A stretch of 64,000 nt of DNA, taken from positions 384,001 through 448,000 of the forward strand of contig JBEKOM010000001.1 in assembly GCA_049521795.1 (NCBI GenBank), written 5' to 3'. A program made the position numbers and the translations under genes. The DNA is from Candidatus Bathyarchaeia archaeon. GTDB lineage: Archaea; Thermoproteota; Bathyarchaeia; Bathyarchaeales; Bathycorpusculaceae. This document shows, in pieces, positions 9,625 through 18,244 of this stretch (position 1 is its first letter; the number at the start of each line of letters is the position of its first letter). The notes under the pieces were generated by a model that worked only from the letters and a program-made list of their open reading frames with translations, was not told the DNA's origin and ran no database searches.

Positions 9625-10179
9625 ATGTCCTCAAGAACCGAAAGCAAGAGGCAGACCGATTTTTTCGACACGTGCAGTCGATGCATCACTGTTTGGAGCT
9701 GTTGCCATGAAACGACGCCTCCGGTGACAGACAAACGCAGGAAAATCATAGAGGCTTATCTCAGAGCGAACAAGATTGGCGTCGAGAAGCCGTTTGTCGA
9801 GGCAGAATACGTTTTTCCACGATTGACCGCAGACGGTTACTGTGTCTTTCACGATAAGAAGACGAAGAAATGTCTCATTCACCCTGTGAAACCTGAAACA
9901 TGCGTCGCCGGACCGATAACCTTCGACATAAAAACAGAGGCTTCAAAAATTGAATGGTTCATAAAGATGGATAAGATATGCTCTCTCGCCGGACGAGTGT
10001 ACGAGGACAAGGCGTTACTGCAAAAACATGTTAACTCAGCGAAAAAAGAAATATCCAAACTCGTTAACGAACTTGATGCTGAAGCTCTAAGAGCCATACT
10101 GAAGAAAGACGAGCCAGAGACTTTCAAAATAGGCGAAGACAATCTAGGAAAGAACGCGTTAAACAAGCTTGCCCGTTGA
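9625..10179 (+). CDS. YkgJ-family cysteine-cluster (Zn/Fe-S) protein
   Basis: CSRC..SCC...YCVF...KCLIHPVKPETCVAGP cysteine pattern. Confidence 0.85.
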   Translation: MSSRTESKRQTDFFDTCSRCITVWSCCHETTPPVTDKRRKIIEAYLRANKIGVEKPFVEAEYVFPRLTADGYCVFHDKKTKKCLIHPVKPETCVAGPITFDIKTEASKIEWFIKMDKICSLAGRVYEDKALLQKHVNSAKKEISKLVNELDAEALRAILKKDEPETFKIGEDNLGKNALNKLAR

Positions 10180-10184
10180 TTGGA

Positions 10185-10303
10185 TGGCGGGCCCGAGGGG
10201 ATTTGAACCCCTGTTCTCCGGCTTTCTTCCATCTGTCGTGCCCGGAGGCTTGCGCATCCTTTTTCTTGATTCGACGCCTTAATCCAGACTGGGCTACGGG
10301 CCC
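10185..10303 (-). tRNA. tRNA-Arg(CCG) with two introns (29/30: 10271-10250; 37/38: 10241-10224), encoded CCA
   Basis: Acceptor GGGCCCG/CGGGCCC-G-CCA; T arm AGGGG-TTCAAAT-CCCCT. Removing the 22-nt and 18-nt inserts gives the anticodon arm TCGGC-CTCCGGA-GCCGG. Both inserts fold as bulge-helix-bulge motifs. Confidence 0.9.
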
Positions 10304-10349
10304 TCAGAATACAGTGAAGCGTAGCCGAATTAATTCTTGCTATGTCGGA

Positions 10350-10850
10350 TTACGTTTCGACTAGTTCTTCGTTTATCCACCAGGCCTTCTTTTTCCCAGA
10401 TTTTTCTCCAGGATAGTATTCTATTATGTGTTTTCCAAGCTGTTTTCTGGAAGTTTTCTGCATTCTTCTAAGCCTGTTCAGGACGAGCCACCTGTTTGTC
10501 TTCAAGTATTCTGCCAGTTCTGGCGTGGTGGCGCCCTTGTAATGCAGCAAATAATCGACTATTTTGTGGTCTATCTCGTCTAGGGCAAACGTATGAGGGT
10601 TCGTTGTTCCCCGCTCATAGGTGAGCAGTTCTAGGTCTGCTAGGTATTTTCTGATCTCGGACAAGTTCTTCTCCATCTTGTCTACGCGGTTTTTTAGCTC
10701 CAAAACTCTGTCTGGTCTGGGCGTTTTCTGCAGCTTTTCCATTATGGCGTCTCGAATGAAATTGCTGCGGTCTCCTTCTGGCACTCGCAGGAGCATTTCC
10801 TCGTAGACGTTTTCAGGAATCTTTGCAGAGACAACTTTTAACTCATCCAT
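10350..10850 (-). CDS. Putative transcription regulator: ribbon-helix-helix + coiled coil + winged HTH
   Basis: KVVSAKIPE...RSNFIRDAI (RHH pattern) and IDHKIVDYL..GATTPELAEYL (wHTH pattern). Confidence 0.7.
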   Translation of the reverse strand: MDELKVVSAKIPENVYEEMLLRVPEGDRSNFIRDAIMEKLQKTPRPDRVLELKNRVDKMEKNLSEIRKYLADLELLTYERGTTNPHTFALDEIDHKIVDYLLHYKGATTPELAEYLKTNRWLVLNRLRRMQKTSRKQLGKHIIEYYPGEKSGKKKAWWINEELVET

Positions 10851-11014
10851 TCAAGTGCCCTCACTTTTCAACTCTAGGAGTACTGTTTGGTTGATGGTGG
10901 CCTTATTGTTTTTCTCTTCGGAACTCTTTTAAAATCAACGGAGCAAAACATGAGCGAATAGGAAGTTCTGTAATCAAGCGTGGCTAGAAAGACGACGCGC
11001 GCTAGAGCGCGGCC

Positions 11015-11578
11015 CTATGCACCTCTAACCTTGGCCAGCTCTTCAAATCGCTTTTTTGCGACCTCGTAGAGCTTCTTCCGAAGGTCTTCCCCGTTCATCT
11101 TCTGTCCTCTGACGAGCAGTGTCTTCCTCGCCAGTTCAATATCGCCCAGATCAGTGAACCACGCTTCAAAATCCCCACGGTTTATGTGAAACTCTATCGA
11201 GCCTACGTCGATTCTCTGTATCTTTTCACAGAAGTCTCCGAGGCTCGCCGCAAAAACGTTCAAAGGCTTTCCAATGTCTGCGTAGAAGCGGAACGATTTT
11301 TCTGCGGGCAAATATTTCAAGATTTCTGCAGCTTTTTCTTTGTCAACCTCAGGAATGCCTAGAGTCTTCTTTCCCTTCTCTGTTATGACATAGATCCCCT
11401 TTTCAGGTGAGGTTACGCATTGCATCTTGGAGAGTCCTATGATGTGCATCATGACCGCGGGAAAATTCACACCGGTGTCTTTAGCTATTTCCGTCGCTTT
11501 TGCGGGCTTGTCAAGCATCCACATGGTTTCAAGAACCAAACGTTTAACAGGTGATACACTCATGATGTTGCACTTCAC
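11015..11578 (-). CDS. Winged-HTH + DUF5752-like domain protein
   Basis: N-terminal HTH ending YVITEKG; C-terminal FRFY..IG...A.SL.DF...SIEFH..RGDFEAW...LGD.ELA. Confidence 0.7.
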   Translation of the reverse strand: MKCNIMSVSPVKRLVLETMWMLDKPAKATEIAKDTGVNFPAVMMHIIGLSKMQCVTSPEKGIYVITEKGKKTLGIPEVDKEKAAEILKYLPAEKSFRFYADIGKPLNVFAASLGDFCEKIQRIDVGSIEFHINRGDFEAWFTDLGDIELARKTLLVRGQKMNGEDLRKKLYEVAKKRFEELAKVRGA

Positions 11579-11801
11579 CTAAGTGTGTTGCACCTGCCTA
11601 ATAGGTTTTTCACAATTCTCCGTTTTGAGAATCTGCCTTAAATGACAATTTGATGCTTGTACTTCTTTGGTTGACAAGGCCTCTATTCGGGGGTGGATGA
11701 CCCTCAATACGATCTGAAGTGTATGCTGAGTGAGCAAGGTAAATAAACCATTGTTCAATAACCATTAAGGAATTGTCGGTAGAGTGGACTGGTGAAAGGT
11801 A

Positions 11802-13052
11802 ATGAAGCTGTCTGTCCTTGTTTATGAGTACCCTCCGAAGATCGTTGGCGGCTTGGGCACCTACGCGGCTGAGATCACTAGGAAATTTGTTCTGACAGAC
11901 AATGATGTTACAGTCTTCACAATGAATGATGATGCTGGCAGTTTACCGACGCGGGAGATATGGCGCGGTATCGAAATTCATCGGCCGCTGCACATTGACA
12001 TCTCTGACTCGCTGCCTGACGTGGTCGCAGAGGACATAAAAAAGTGGGGCAGGGGGATTCAGCTGTTTTCGAAAATTCTCGTGTACAATTATCTGAGCGC
12101 TGCAAAGCTCGTTAATGAGCTGATAAGAAAGGAAGGCATAAAATTCGACCTCATCGTCGCTCATGACTGGCTTTCTGCTATAGGCGGAATGACTGTTAGG
12201 AAAGAGGCAGGATTGCCTTTTGCGTTCCACGTTCACTCAACAGAGAAAGGAAGAACGCTTGGAAACGGCTCTATCACGGTGAGCAACATCGAGCTTCACG
12301 CGGCAAGAGCAGCTGACCTGATTGTGACAGTTTCTTATGCGATGAAGGATGAGCTAATAGGCCTCGGATTTCCGAAAGAGAAAATTCAGGTTGCTTACAA
12401 TGGAGTTGACCCGCAGAAATACGACCCAGGGACCGTGACTGCTGAGCAGATCAAGAAGGTTAGAGCACTGTACGGCATTAAGGACGACGATTTCATGATT
12501 CTCTTCATAGGCAGGCTTGTGGGCGTCAAGGGTGTCGATAAGCTTGTGATGGCGTTGCCGCACATCTTGCAGAAAAACCCGAAGGTAAAACTCGTAATCG
12601 TCGGTCTCGGCGACCTTCAGGAATACTTGGTGAACCTGGTCAAAGCAACGAGGATGAGTGACTTCGTAAAGTTTCGTTTTGAGTTCATTCCTGAGGAAGA
12701 GCGCATCCTTCACTATGCAGCCTGTGACGTTGCGGTTTTCCCAAGCTTCTACGAACCTTTCGGAATAGTGGTTCTGGAGGCGATGAGCATGGAGCGTCCA
12801 GTCGTAGTGGGCGCCGCTGGCATCAGCGGGATGCGAGAGATCGTTGTCTGCTGCGGTGAGGAACAGTGCGGTTACCACATTGACCCGAACAATCCGTCGG
12901 ACATCGCTTGGGGCATAAACAGCGTCCTCGAAAGTGATGAGAAAAGGAAATGGCTTGGAAAAAACGGCAGACGCAGGGTTCTGAGCGAGTTCACGTGGGA
13001 CAAGATAGCCGAGAAAACGTTAGAACTTTATGAGCAGATTCTCAAGCGCTAA
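11802..13052 (+). CDS. GT4 glycosyltransferase (glycogen synthase-like)
   Basis: EYPPKIVGGLG, AHDW, GRLVGVKG, PSFYEPFGIVVLEAM. Confidence 0.92.
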   Translation: MKLSVLVYEYPPKIVGGLGTYAAEITRKFVLTDNDVTVFTMNDDAGSLPTREIWRGIEIHRPLHIDISDSLPDVVAEDIKKWGRGIQLFSKILVYNYLSAAKLVNELIRKEGIKFDLIVAHDWLSAIGGMTVRKEAGLPFAFHVHSTEKGRTLGNGSITVSNIELHAARAADLIVTVSYAMKDELIGLGFPKEKIQVAYNGVDPQKYDPGTVTAEQIKKVRALYGIKDDDFMILFIGRLVGVKGVDKLVMALPHILQKNPKVKLVIVGLGDLQEYLVNLVKATRMSDFVKFRFEFIPEEERILHYAACDVAVFPSFYEPFGIVVLEAMSMERPVVVGAAGISGMREIVVCCGEEQCGYHIDPNNPSDIAWGINSVLESDEKRKWLGKNGRRRVLSEFTWDKIAEKTLELYEQILKR

Positions 13053-13066
13053 GCTTAAGTTCCGCG

Positions 13067-13717
13067 TTGAACGCAGTTTTCGTCGGTGACGCGTTGACCG
13101 CCGATTCTTTGAGTTCAAGACAAAAGGTCGCCATAGAAGCTGCTAATCTTCTTTACTACGGAGTTGAGAAAGAGTACAAGCAGGCCAAGTTGAAGGCTGC
13201 AAAAACGTTTGGGCTTCACTTCATGCCGACAAACCTTGACGTTGCCATGGAAATTGACAGGATCGCAGAGGAGAATGAGGGGGTTGCCAGACAGGAACGA
13301 TTGGTCAGGATGCGCAAAGAAGCTTTTAGGATCATGAACATTCTGAAGAGGTTCGACCCCCTGTTGGTTGGAAGCGTGTGGCGTGGCACGATTCACCACG
13401 ATAGCGACTTGGACATAATAGTTCATTATGAAGAACCTGAAGAAGTCTTGAAGGCGGTTGAACAAACAGGCTTAAAGATACTACGGTCTGAATGGGTCAA
13501 CGTTACGAAGAGGGGAAAGAAGAAAGGTTCTTTCCACATTCACGCGGAATCTCCGATTAAAGAGCAGGTTGAGATTCTTGTTCACAGTCCAGACGAAGCC
13601 TGTCTCAAGGAGAAATGCGAAGTGTACGGCGACGAAATAGTTGGTCTCCGTTTGCGGGAACTTGGGAAAGTTCTTGAAGAAACCCCAACTCGGAGGTTCG
13701 TTCCTCCTGAACGGTAA
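13067..13717 (+). CDS. Pol-beta superfamily nucleotidyltransferase-domain protein
   Basis: LVGSVWRG...SDLDI motif; N-terminal EKEYKQAK.KAA helical region. Start uncertain. Confidence 0.8.
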   Translation: MNAVFVGDALTADSLSSRQKVAIEAANLLYYGVEKEYKQAKLKAAKTFGLHFMPTNLDVAMEIDRIAEENEGVARQERLVRMRKEAFRIMNILKRFDPLLVGSVWRGTIHHDSDLDIIVHYEEPEEVLKAVEQTGLKILRSEWVNVTKRGKKKGSFHIHAESPIKEQVEILVHSPDEACLKEKCEVYGDEIVGLRLRELGKVLEETPTRRFVPPER

Positions 13718-13816
13718 AAACCTATGTCCAAGTGATGACAGACCAAAAAGGACGTTTAAATATTTGCGTTTTCCATAAATGGGTGAAGAAACACAGCCAG
13801 CTCTGAAGGTGCAACG

Positions 13817-14164
13817 TTGGAGCCTGAAAAGGAAACCTTCAAGAAGATGTTTCCAAACTTGGCCAAAGAATTAGGATCGGACGAGAACAAAGTCTCAGTC
13901 AATTCTGTGCGAACAGACGATGAGGCTGGAGAAAGGCATGTCACGAGAGAAAGATTCGTTCACTACGCACCTGATGTCATAGACTTCATTCGGAGATGCG
14001 ACACGACGGAGCAGGCAGAGGAGATCATTGATTACGTCGAAAAGAGAGGCGAAATCGATGGACTGTACGCTCATAAGCTGAAGAAGCAGCTCAAGGAGAA
14101 AGGTGTCAGAAGCTTCGGAGCAAAGAAAGAAGAGGACTACTACCTCAAACACGGAGAACTCTAA
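13817..14164 (+). CDS. DUF2095-family protein
   Basis: FKKMFPNLAKEL, PDVIDFIRRCDT, GVRSFG.KKE.DYY. Confidence 0.8.
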   Translation: MEPEKETFKKMFPNLAKELGSDENKVSVNSVRTDDEAGERHVTRERFVHYAPDVIDFIRRCDTTEQAEEIIDYVEKRGEIDGLYAHKLKKQLKEKGVRSFGAKKEEDYYLKHGEL

Positions 14165-14262
14165 CAAGAAAAGCACCGAAGTTTCCGGTATTGATTTTCA
14201 TTGTTCCCTTCAATGGGTAAGTATATACGTGACGCACGTGGTCTATCTGCAAAAGTAAATAA

Positions 14263-16047
14263 ATGGGCTCATCAATAGATAGGAAGCCTAAAACTTTAGG
14301 GAATGCAGTGGAGGACAACCGCTTGAGAAAGGCAACATGGGCGTTCACAATGCTGGCTGTAGCCATGATATTATTTGTCTCAATGTCATTCAACGCCAGA
14401 AACGTCAGGGCAGACGGGAACTACACTATACAACACGTCGACCACACGATAAGCGTCTTGTCCAACGGCTATGTTTTGATGAATGATACAGTAAAATTAT
14501 CAGGGCAAGCGCCCAACAGCTTTCTGCTCGGTTTCCCATACGCGTTTGGCCCTTACGTTCTACATTGCCTCGTTCTTGACGCTAGCAACAAGTCCAACAC
14601 TTTTCCCGTTAGCCTGAGCGAACCGTTGGAAGATCATATCGGCTTCTACGGTATAAAAGTGGATTTTTCAAAGGGCGCGCCGCAAGCCTTCAGCGTTCAA
14701 ATCTTGTTTTCAAACGCTCTGGTTGAACAGAACTCTCAGAATGCCACCGAGTTCGGTGTGATTTTTCCAACGTTTCCGAGTCTCTTGACGACTGTTGATA
14801 CTTTCAACGGTTCAGTAGTCTTGCCTAGAAACGCAGTCTACCTCCAGGCAACGCTCAGCAGTTTGACTTATTCGCAGACGAATTTGACGGCGTTTGCATA
14901 CAACTCGTCGACGGTGGTGTTTAATGTTGCTAATAACGAAATGCAGCTTTTTGACGTGGACCAGCTAAATCGCGGGATAAGCGTAAACGAGGTTGGTGAC
15001 ATAATGGGCACGGATTCCTATTACATAACAAACAAGGGGACAAACGCGATAAGTTCTGTTAACGTGCTTCTACCAGAGAACGCGTCTGACGTGAACGCGC
15101 AGGATCAATTTGGCCGAACAGCGGCCCAGCCAACGCAGACTATCGCTAACACGAGCCGCTACACAATAACTCTCCCAAAAGCTGTGGACCCTACAAAATC
15201 AAGCTTGTTCACCGTGACCTATAGCCTGCCGAGCGGACTCTACCTTGAACAGCAAGGTGGATCCAACAGTTTCGCTCTGAACATGATAATGTTCCAAGAC
15301 TTGGACTACTACATCAACAGGACAGCGGTAACCTTCGTCTTGCCCGAAGGTGCAACGTTACAGTCGTTTGAAAACTCTTTGGCTGGCGACTCATACGGCA
15401 TTAGCAAGAACGTCTTCCAGGAAGGGGCAGTCATAAACACGCAGGGCGTGATCTCGTTAGACAGCTTCAGTGTCAGAATAGTCTACGATTACAGCCCTTT
15501 ATGGGTGGGTTTTCGGCCCACTATATGGGTTTTGGCCCTGGCAATGGTCGGGTGCTTGGCCGTTGTCGTCGTGAGGAGACCAAAAGCCCCGGCACCTGTC
15601 GCCGTGCCTACGGCTGGCCTGAGAGTTCGTCCGGAATACATCAGGTCTTTCGTGGAGTCATACGAGGAGAGGATGAAGATAGTTTCTGAAATCGACTCTC
15701 TCGATAGCAAAGCTCAGAAAGGCAGGTTACCTAGGCAACGGTACAAGGTACAACGAAGAACCTTGGAAACGCGTCTCAACTCACTGTCTAGAAACTTGAC
15801 AGAAGTCAAAGAAAGGATGAGATCGACTGGCGGTCACTACGCGAGTTTGATGCGTGAACTCGAAGTGGCAGAGACTGGAATGAATGAATACGAAGCTAAC
15901 GTGAAAACCATTGAAGCACGCCATAGCCGCGGAGAACTTTCGTTGGAAGCATACCGAAAGCTTCTAGGAGACTACCAGCGCAGAAAAGAAAGGAGCGAAG
16001 CAGCCATAAAGGGAATCCTCCTGAGACTACGTGAAGAAATTCGCTAA
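14263..16047 (+). CDS. Type I membrane protein, ribophorin I (Ost1/RPN1)-like
   Basis: Signal peptide, two beta-rich extracellular domains with many N-x-S/T sequons, RGISVNEVGDI / LPENASDVNAQDQFG / FVLPEGA motifs, one TM helix, cytoplasmic coiled coil. Confidence 0.65.
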   Translation: MGSSIDRKPKTLGNAVEDNRLRKATWAFTMLAVAMILFVSMSFNARNVRADGNYTIQHVDHTISVLSNGYVLMNDTVKLSGQAPNSFLLGFPYAFGPYVLHCLVLDASNKSNTFPVSLSEPLEDHIGFYGIKVDFSKGAPQAFSVQILFSNALVEQNSQNATEFGVIFPTFPSLLTTVDTFNGSVVLPRNAVYLQATLSSLTYSQTNLTAFAYNSSTVVFNVANNEMQLFDVDQLNRGISVNEVGDIMGTDSYYITNKGTNAISSVNVLLPENASDVNAQDQFGRTAAQPTQTIANTSRYTITLPKAVDPTKSSLFTVTYSLPSGLYLEQQGGSNSFALNMIMFQDLDYYINRTAVTFVLPEGATLQSFENSLAGDSYGISKNVFQEGAVINTQGVISLDSFSVRIVYDYSPLWVGFRPTIWVLALAMVGCLAVVVVRRPKAPAPVAVPTAGLRVRPEYIRSFVESYEERMKIVSEIDSLDSKAQKGRLPRQRYKVQRRTLETRLNSLSRNLTEVKERMRSTGGHYASLMRELEVAETGMNEYEANVKTIEARHSRGELSLEAYRKLLGDYQRRKERSEAAIKGILLRLREEIR

Positions 16048-16115
16048 ACGTACCTAAACCCTTTTATTCCGCTGGTTCGCTCTCAAAGAAATTCTGACAT
16101 CAGAAGGAACGTGAA

Positions 16116-16298
16116 ATGGTGAAGATAGTGGTTGACAATGCTAAATGCACAGGCTGTGGAACATGCGTTGATACGTGCCCAGTAGCCGTCTACGAGGTCA
16201 AAGACGGAAAATCGATTCCAGTCAAGCCTGAAGAATGTCTGGTGTGCAGAGCATGCGAAGTCCAGTGCCCAGAGACCGCGATCCAAGTGATCGAGTGA
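16116..16298 (+). CDS. 2x[4Fe-4S] ferredoxin
   Basis: CTGCGTCVDTCP and CLVCRACEVQCP. Confidence 0.95.
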   Translation: MVKIVVDNAKCTGCGTCVDTCPVAVYEVKDGKSIPVKPEECLVCRACEVQCPETAIQVIE

Positions 16299-16673
16299 CC
16301 GCGAGCTTTACCTAACTGAAGATCTTTCTCAGAATGCCCAACGTAGATTCCAAGAGCTTTTGTGAACTTTTTCCGCTTCCCTCTTAACCTGTTCAACCTG
16401 CTCTCTTAGCCTTATTCTTGATGGGAAACTCTCAAGCATACACCACAAGGGTTGCCCTTAACTGTGCAAGGGCTAAGGCAGCCTCCCCCCATGTTTTTAA
16501 CAAGAACAAGCCTCATCTATCCGTGTTCTTTCAGGGTGACAAGCCGCTAGCCCTCCTTTTCAGAGCCAACCGCCCTGCTTCCTGATGATCGCGCTGACAA
16601 GCCTCGGAGTTTCAGGATCGTTTGTGCATGGGTCGTGTTTGAGTACCGCGCAGACGAGGCTTCGCGATTCTAT

Positions 16674-18152
16674 TCACTTTGTATCATCTCTTCTTTGTAT
16701 CATCTCTTTCAAAGCGGCTTGGAATTTTTCCTGCACGTATTCATTCAGCGTCTGATGCTTCCTTTTGGCGGCCTGCTTAAGACTCTGGCTCACGCCTGTC
16801 GAGTATTGTACGGCTTTTTTAGGCCTTTCCACTATTTGCTGTGGAAGTCCAAGGTTGCGCGCCAGATTTCTCAGTACAAGCTTTCTCAACGTTGTCTCTG
16901 TTGGCTGAATCTTCAGCTCAATGGGCAGGTCAACAGCAAACCTCGCGACCTCGTATGTTGCAAAGGGCAGTCTCATTTCAACACCGTGAAAGTTGCATAT
17001 CTTCATGTCTCTTTCCAAGTTGCTTTTATGCATCCCAACAACATCTCTGAAGATAGTTTCTTCTGCTTTTTCTCTTCCCTTCCGTATGTAATCGTCGACG
17101 TATCGTCTGTAGCCTGCGAAAAGCTCGTCTGCGCCCTGACCTGCCAACATCACCTTAAGCTTCATTTCTGCCGTTTTCTCTGCCGTCCAGTAGAATGGGA
17201 TACCGATGCTCGCCTTGACGGGGTCGGGTTCCTCAATCAGACATAGGACGATCGGAAGAGCTTCAAGCAAATCATCCTCAGTGAACGAGACGCAGTGAAT
17301 CGGCAGTTTCAGCTCATCCGCCATCTTTTTTGCATGTTCCGTTTCAGACTGGTTTTTCATGCTCGCATGTACCAGTTCGACTCTAACTCCAGACTTGTTG
17401 GCAAGGAACGCTAGAATGCTGCTGTCCAGACCTCCTGAAAACGCGACTGCCACTTCCTTTAAACCTGCAACTCTCTCCCTAACGGCTCGTTCCAATAGAG
17501 TTCGGAGTCTTCTCGAAGCAGTTTCCATCGTTATGCTTCTTGGCTCTGAGTAGGCAACTGTCCTTGCCTGAATGAACTTGAAGCCGCGTTCGTCTATTAG
17601 AGCCAAGTGGCCTGGAGGGAACGATTCCACGCGTTCTATTCCGATTTTCCATAATGCCTTGCGTTCAGAAGCCAAACCCGCGGAAAGAGTGTCCTCCCCA
17701 TAGTAGAGCGGGCGTACACCCAAAATGTCTCTGCCCACGATGAGCCTTTCTGTTTCAGCAACTGCAAAGGCATAGTCGCCTTCGGCTTGCTTGATGAATG
17801 TCCTAGCGCTTTTCTCTCGATCTCTCGGTAACCTCAGGGCAAAGACTTCTGCATCACTCTTCAGTTCGTTTGCTGGAAAGATTCTGCCATCAAAAACTAG
17901 ACTTGCGCCTTCTAGCTTCAAAGGTTGAGGCCTGTCTCGCTTGAAAATTCTGGAGAAAGCATACCCAATAAGGATCGGCGATTCCATTTTTCGGTTCTGA
18001 AATTGATCTAGGGCCTTCCCCGTTTCTATCATGCCTTCTGAGCCAAGTCCGTAAGCTTCCAGGTTCGGGGTTTTCATTGTTTTGAGCATGGTCAACGCTG
18101 TTCCTGTTGCATCCTCACCTTTCTTGTGAAGAACAGCGATTATCGCGCCCAT
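16674..18152 (-). CDS. Asparagine synthetase B-like protein lacking the N-terminal Cys
   Basis: RDILGVRPLYY, AFSGGLDSS, GQGADELFAGY, RLPF, RPKKAVQYSTG. N-terminus is MGAII, not MCGI. Confidence 0.88.
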   Translation of the reverse strand: MGAIIAVLHKKGEDATGTALTMLKTMKTPNLEAYGLGSEGMIETGKALDQFQNRKMESPILIGYAFSRIFKRDRPQPLKLEGASLVFDGRIFPANELKSDAEVFALRLPRDREKSARTFIKQAEGDYAFAVAETERLIVGRDILGVRPLYYGEDTLSAGLASERKALWKIGIERVESFPPGHLALIDERGFKFIQARTVAYSEPRSITMETASRRLRTLLERAVRERVAGLKEVAVAFSGGLDSSILAFLANKSGVRVELVHASMKNQSETEHAKKMADELKLPIHCVSFTEDDLLEALPIVLCLIEEPDPVKASIGIPFYWTAEKTAEMKLKVMLAGQGADELFAGYRRYVDDYIRKGREKAEETIFRDVVGMHKSNLERDMKICNFHGVEMRLPFATYEVARFAVDLPIELKIQPTETTLRKLVLRNLARNLGLPQQIVERPKKAVQYSTGVSQSLKQAAKRKHQTLNEYVQEKFQAALKEMIQRRDDTK

Positions 18153-18244
18153 TCCAGAAGGCCTTCCGGCTCGTGATGGTATGTAGTAGTTCGGTAAAAC
18201 ATTAATCTTTAATCGATGTAGTTTAGTTCGAGGGATTTGCAGCC

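Noticed and set aside
10185-11578. Integrated element at tRNA-Arg
   Set aside because: No integrase and no duplicated tRNA end; flanking genes look chromosomal.
11692-11730. C/D box sRNA (GGATGA-13 nt-CTGA...CTGA)
   Set aside because: C box is imperfect, there is no C' box, and the second guide is too short.
16299-16673. RNase P RNA (GAAACTCC on the minus strand, suitable length)
   Set aside because: No GAGGAA context and no 3' ACAGAA...GGCTTA element; P1/P4 pairing could not be built.
16635-17246. 203-aa plus-strand ORF and other long antisense ORFs in the track
   Set aside because: They overlap well-supported genes on the opposite strand and carry no motifs.
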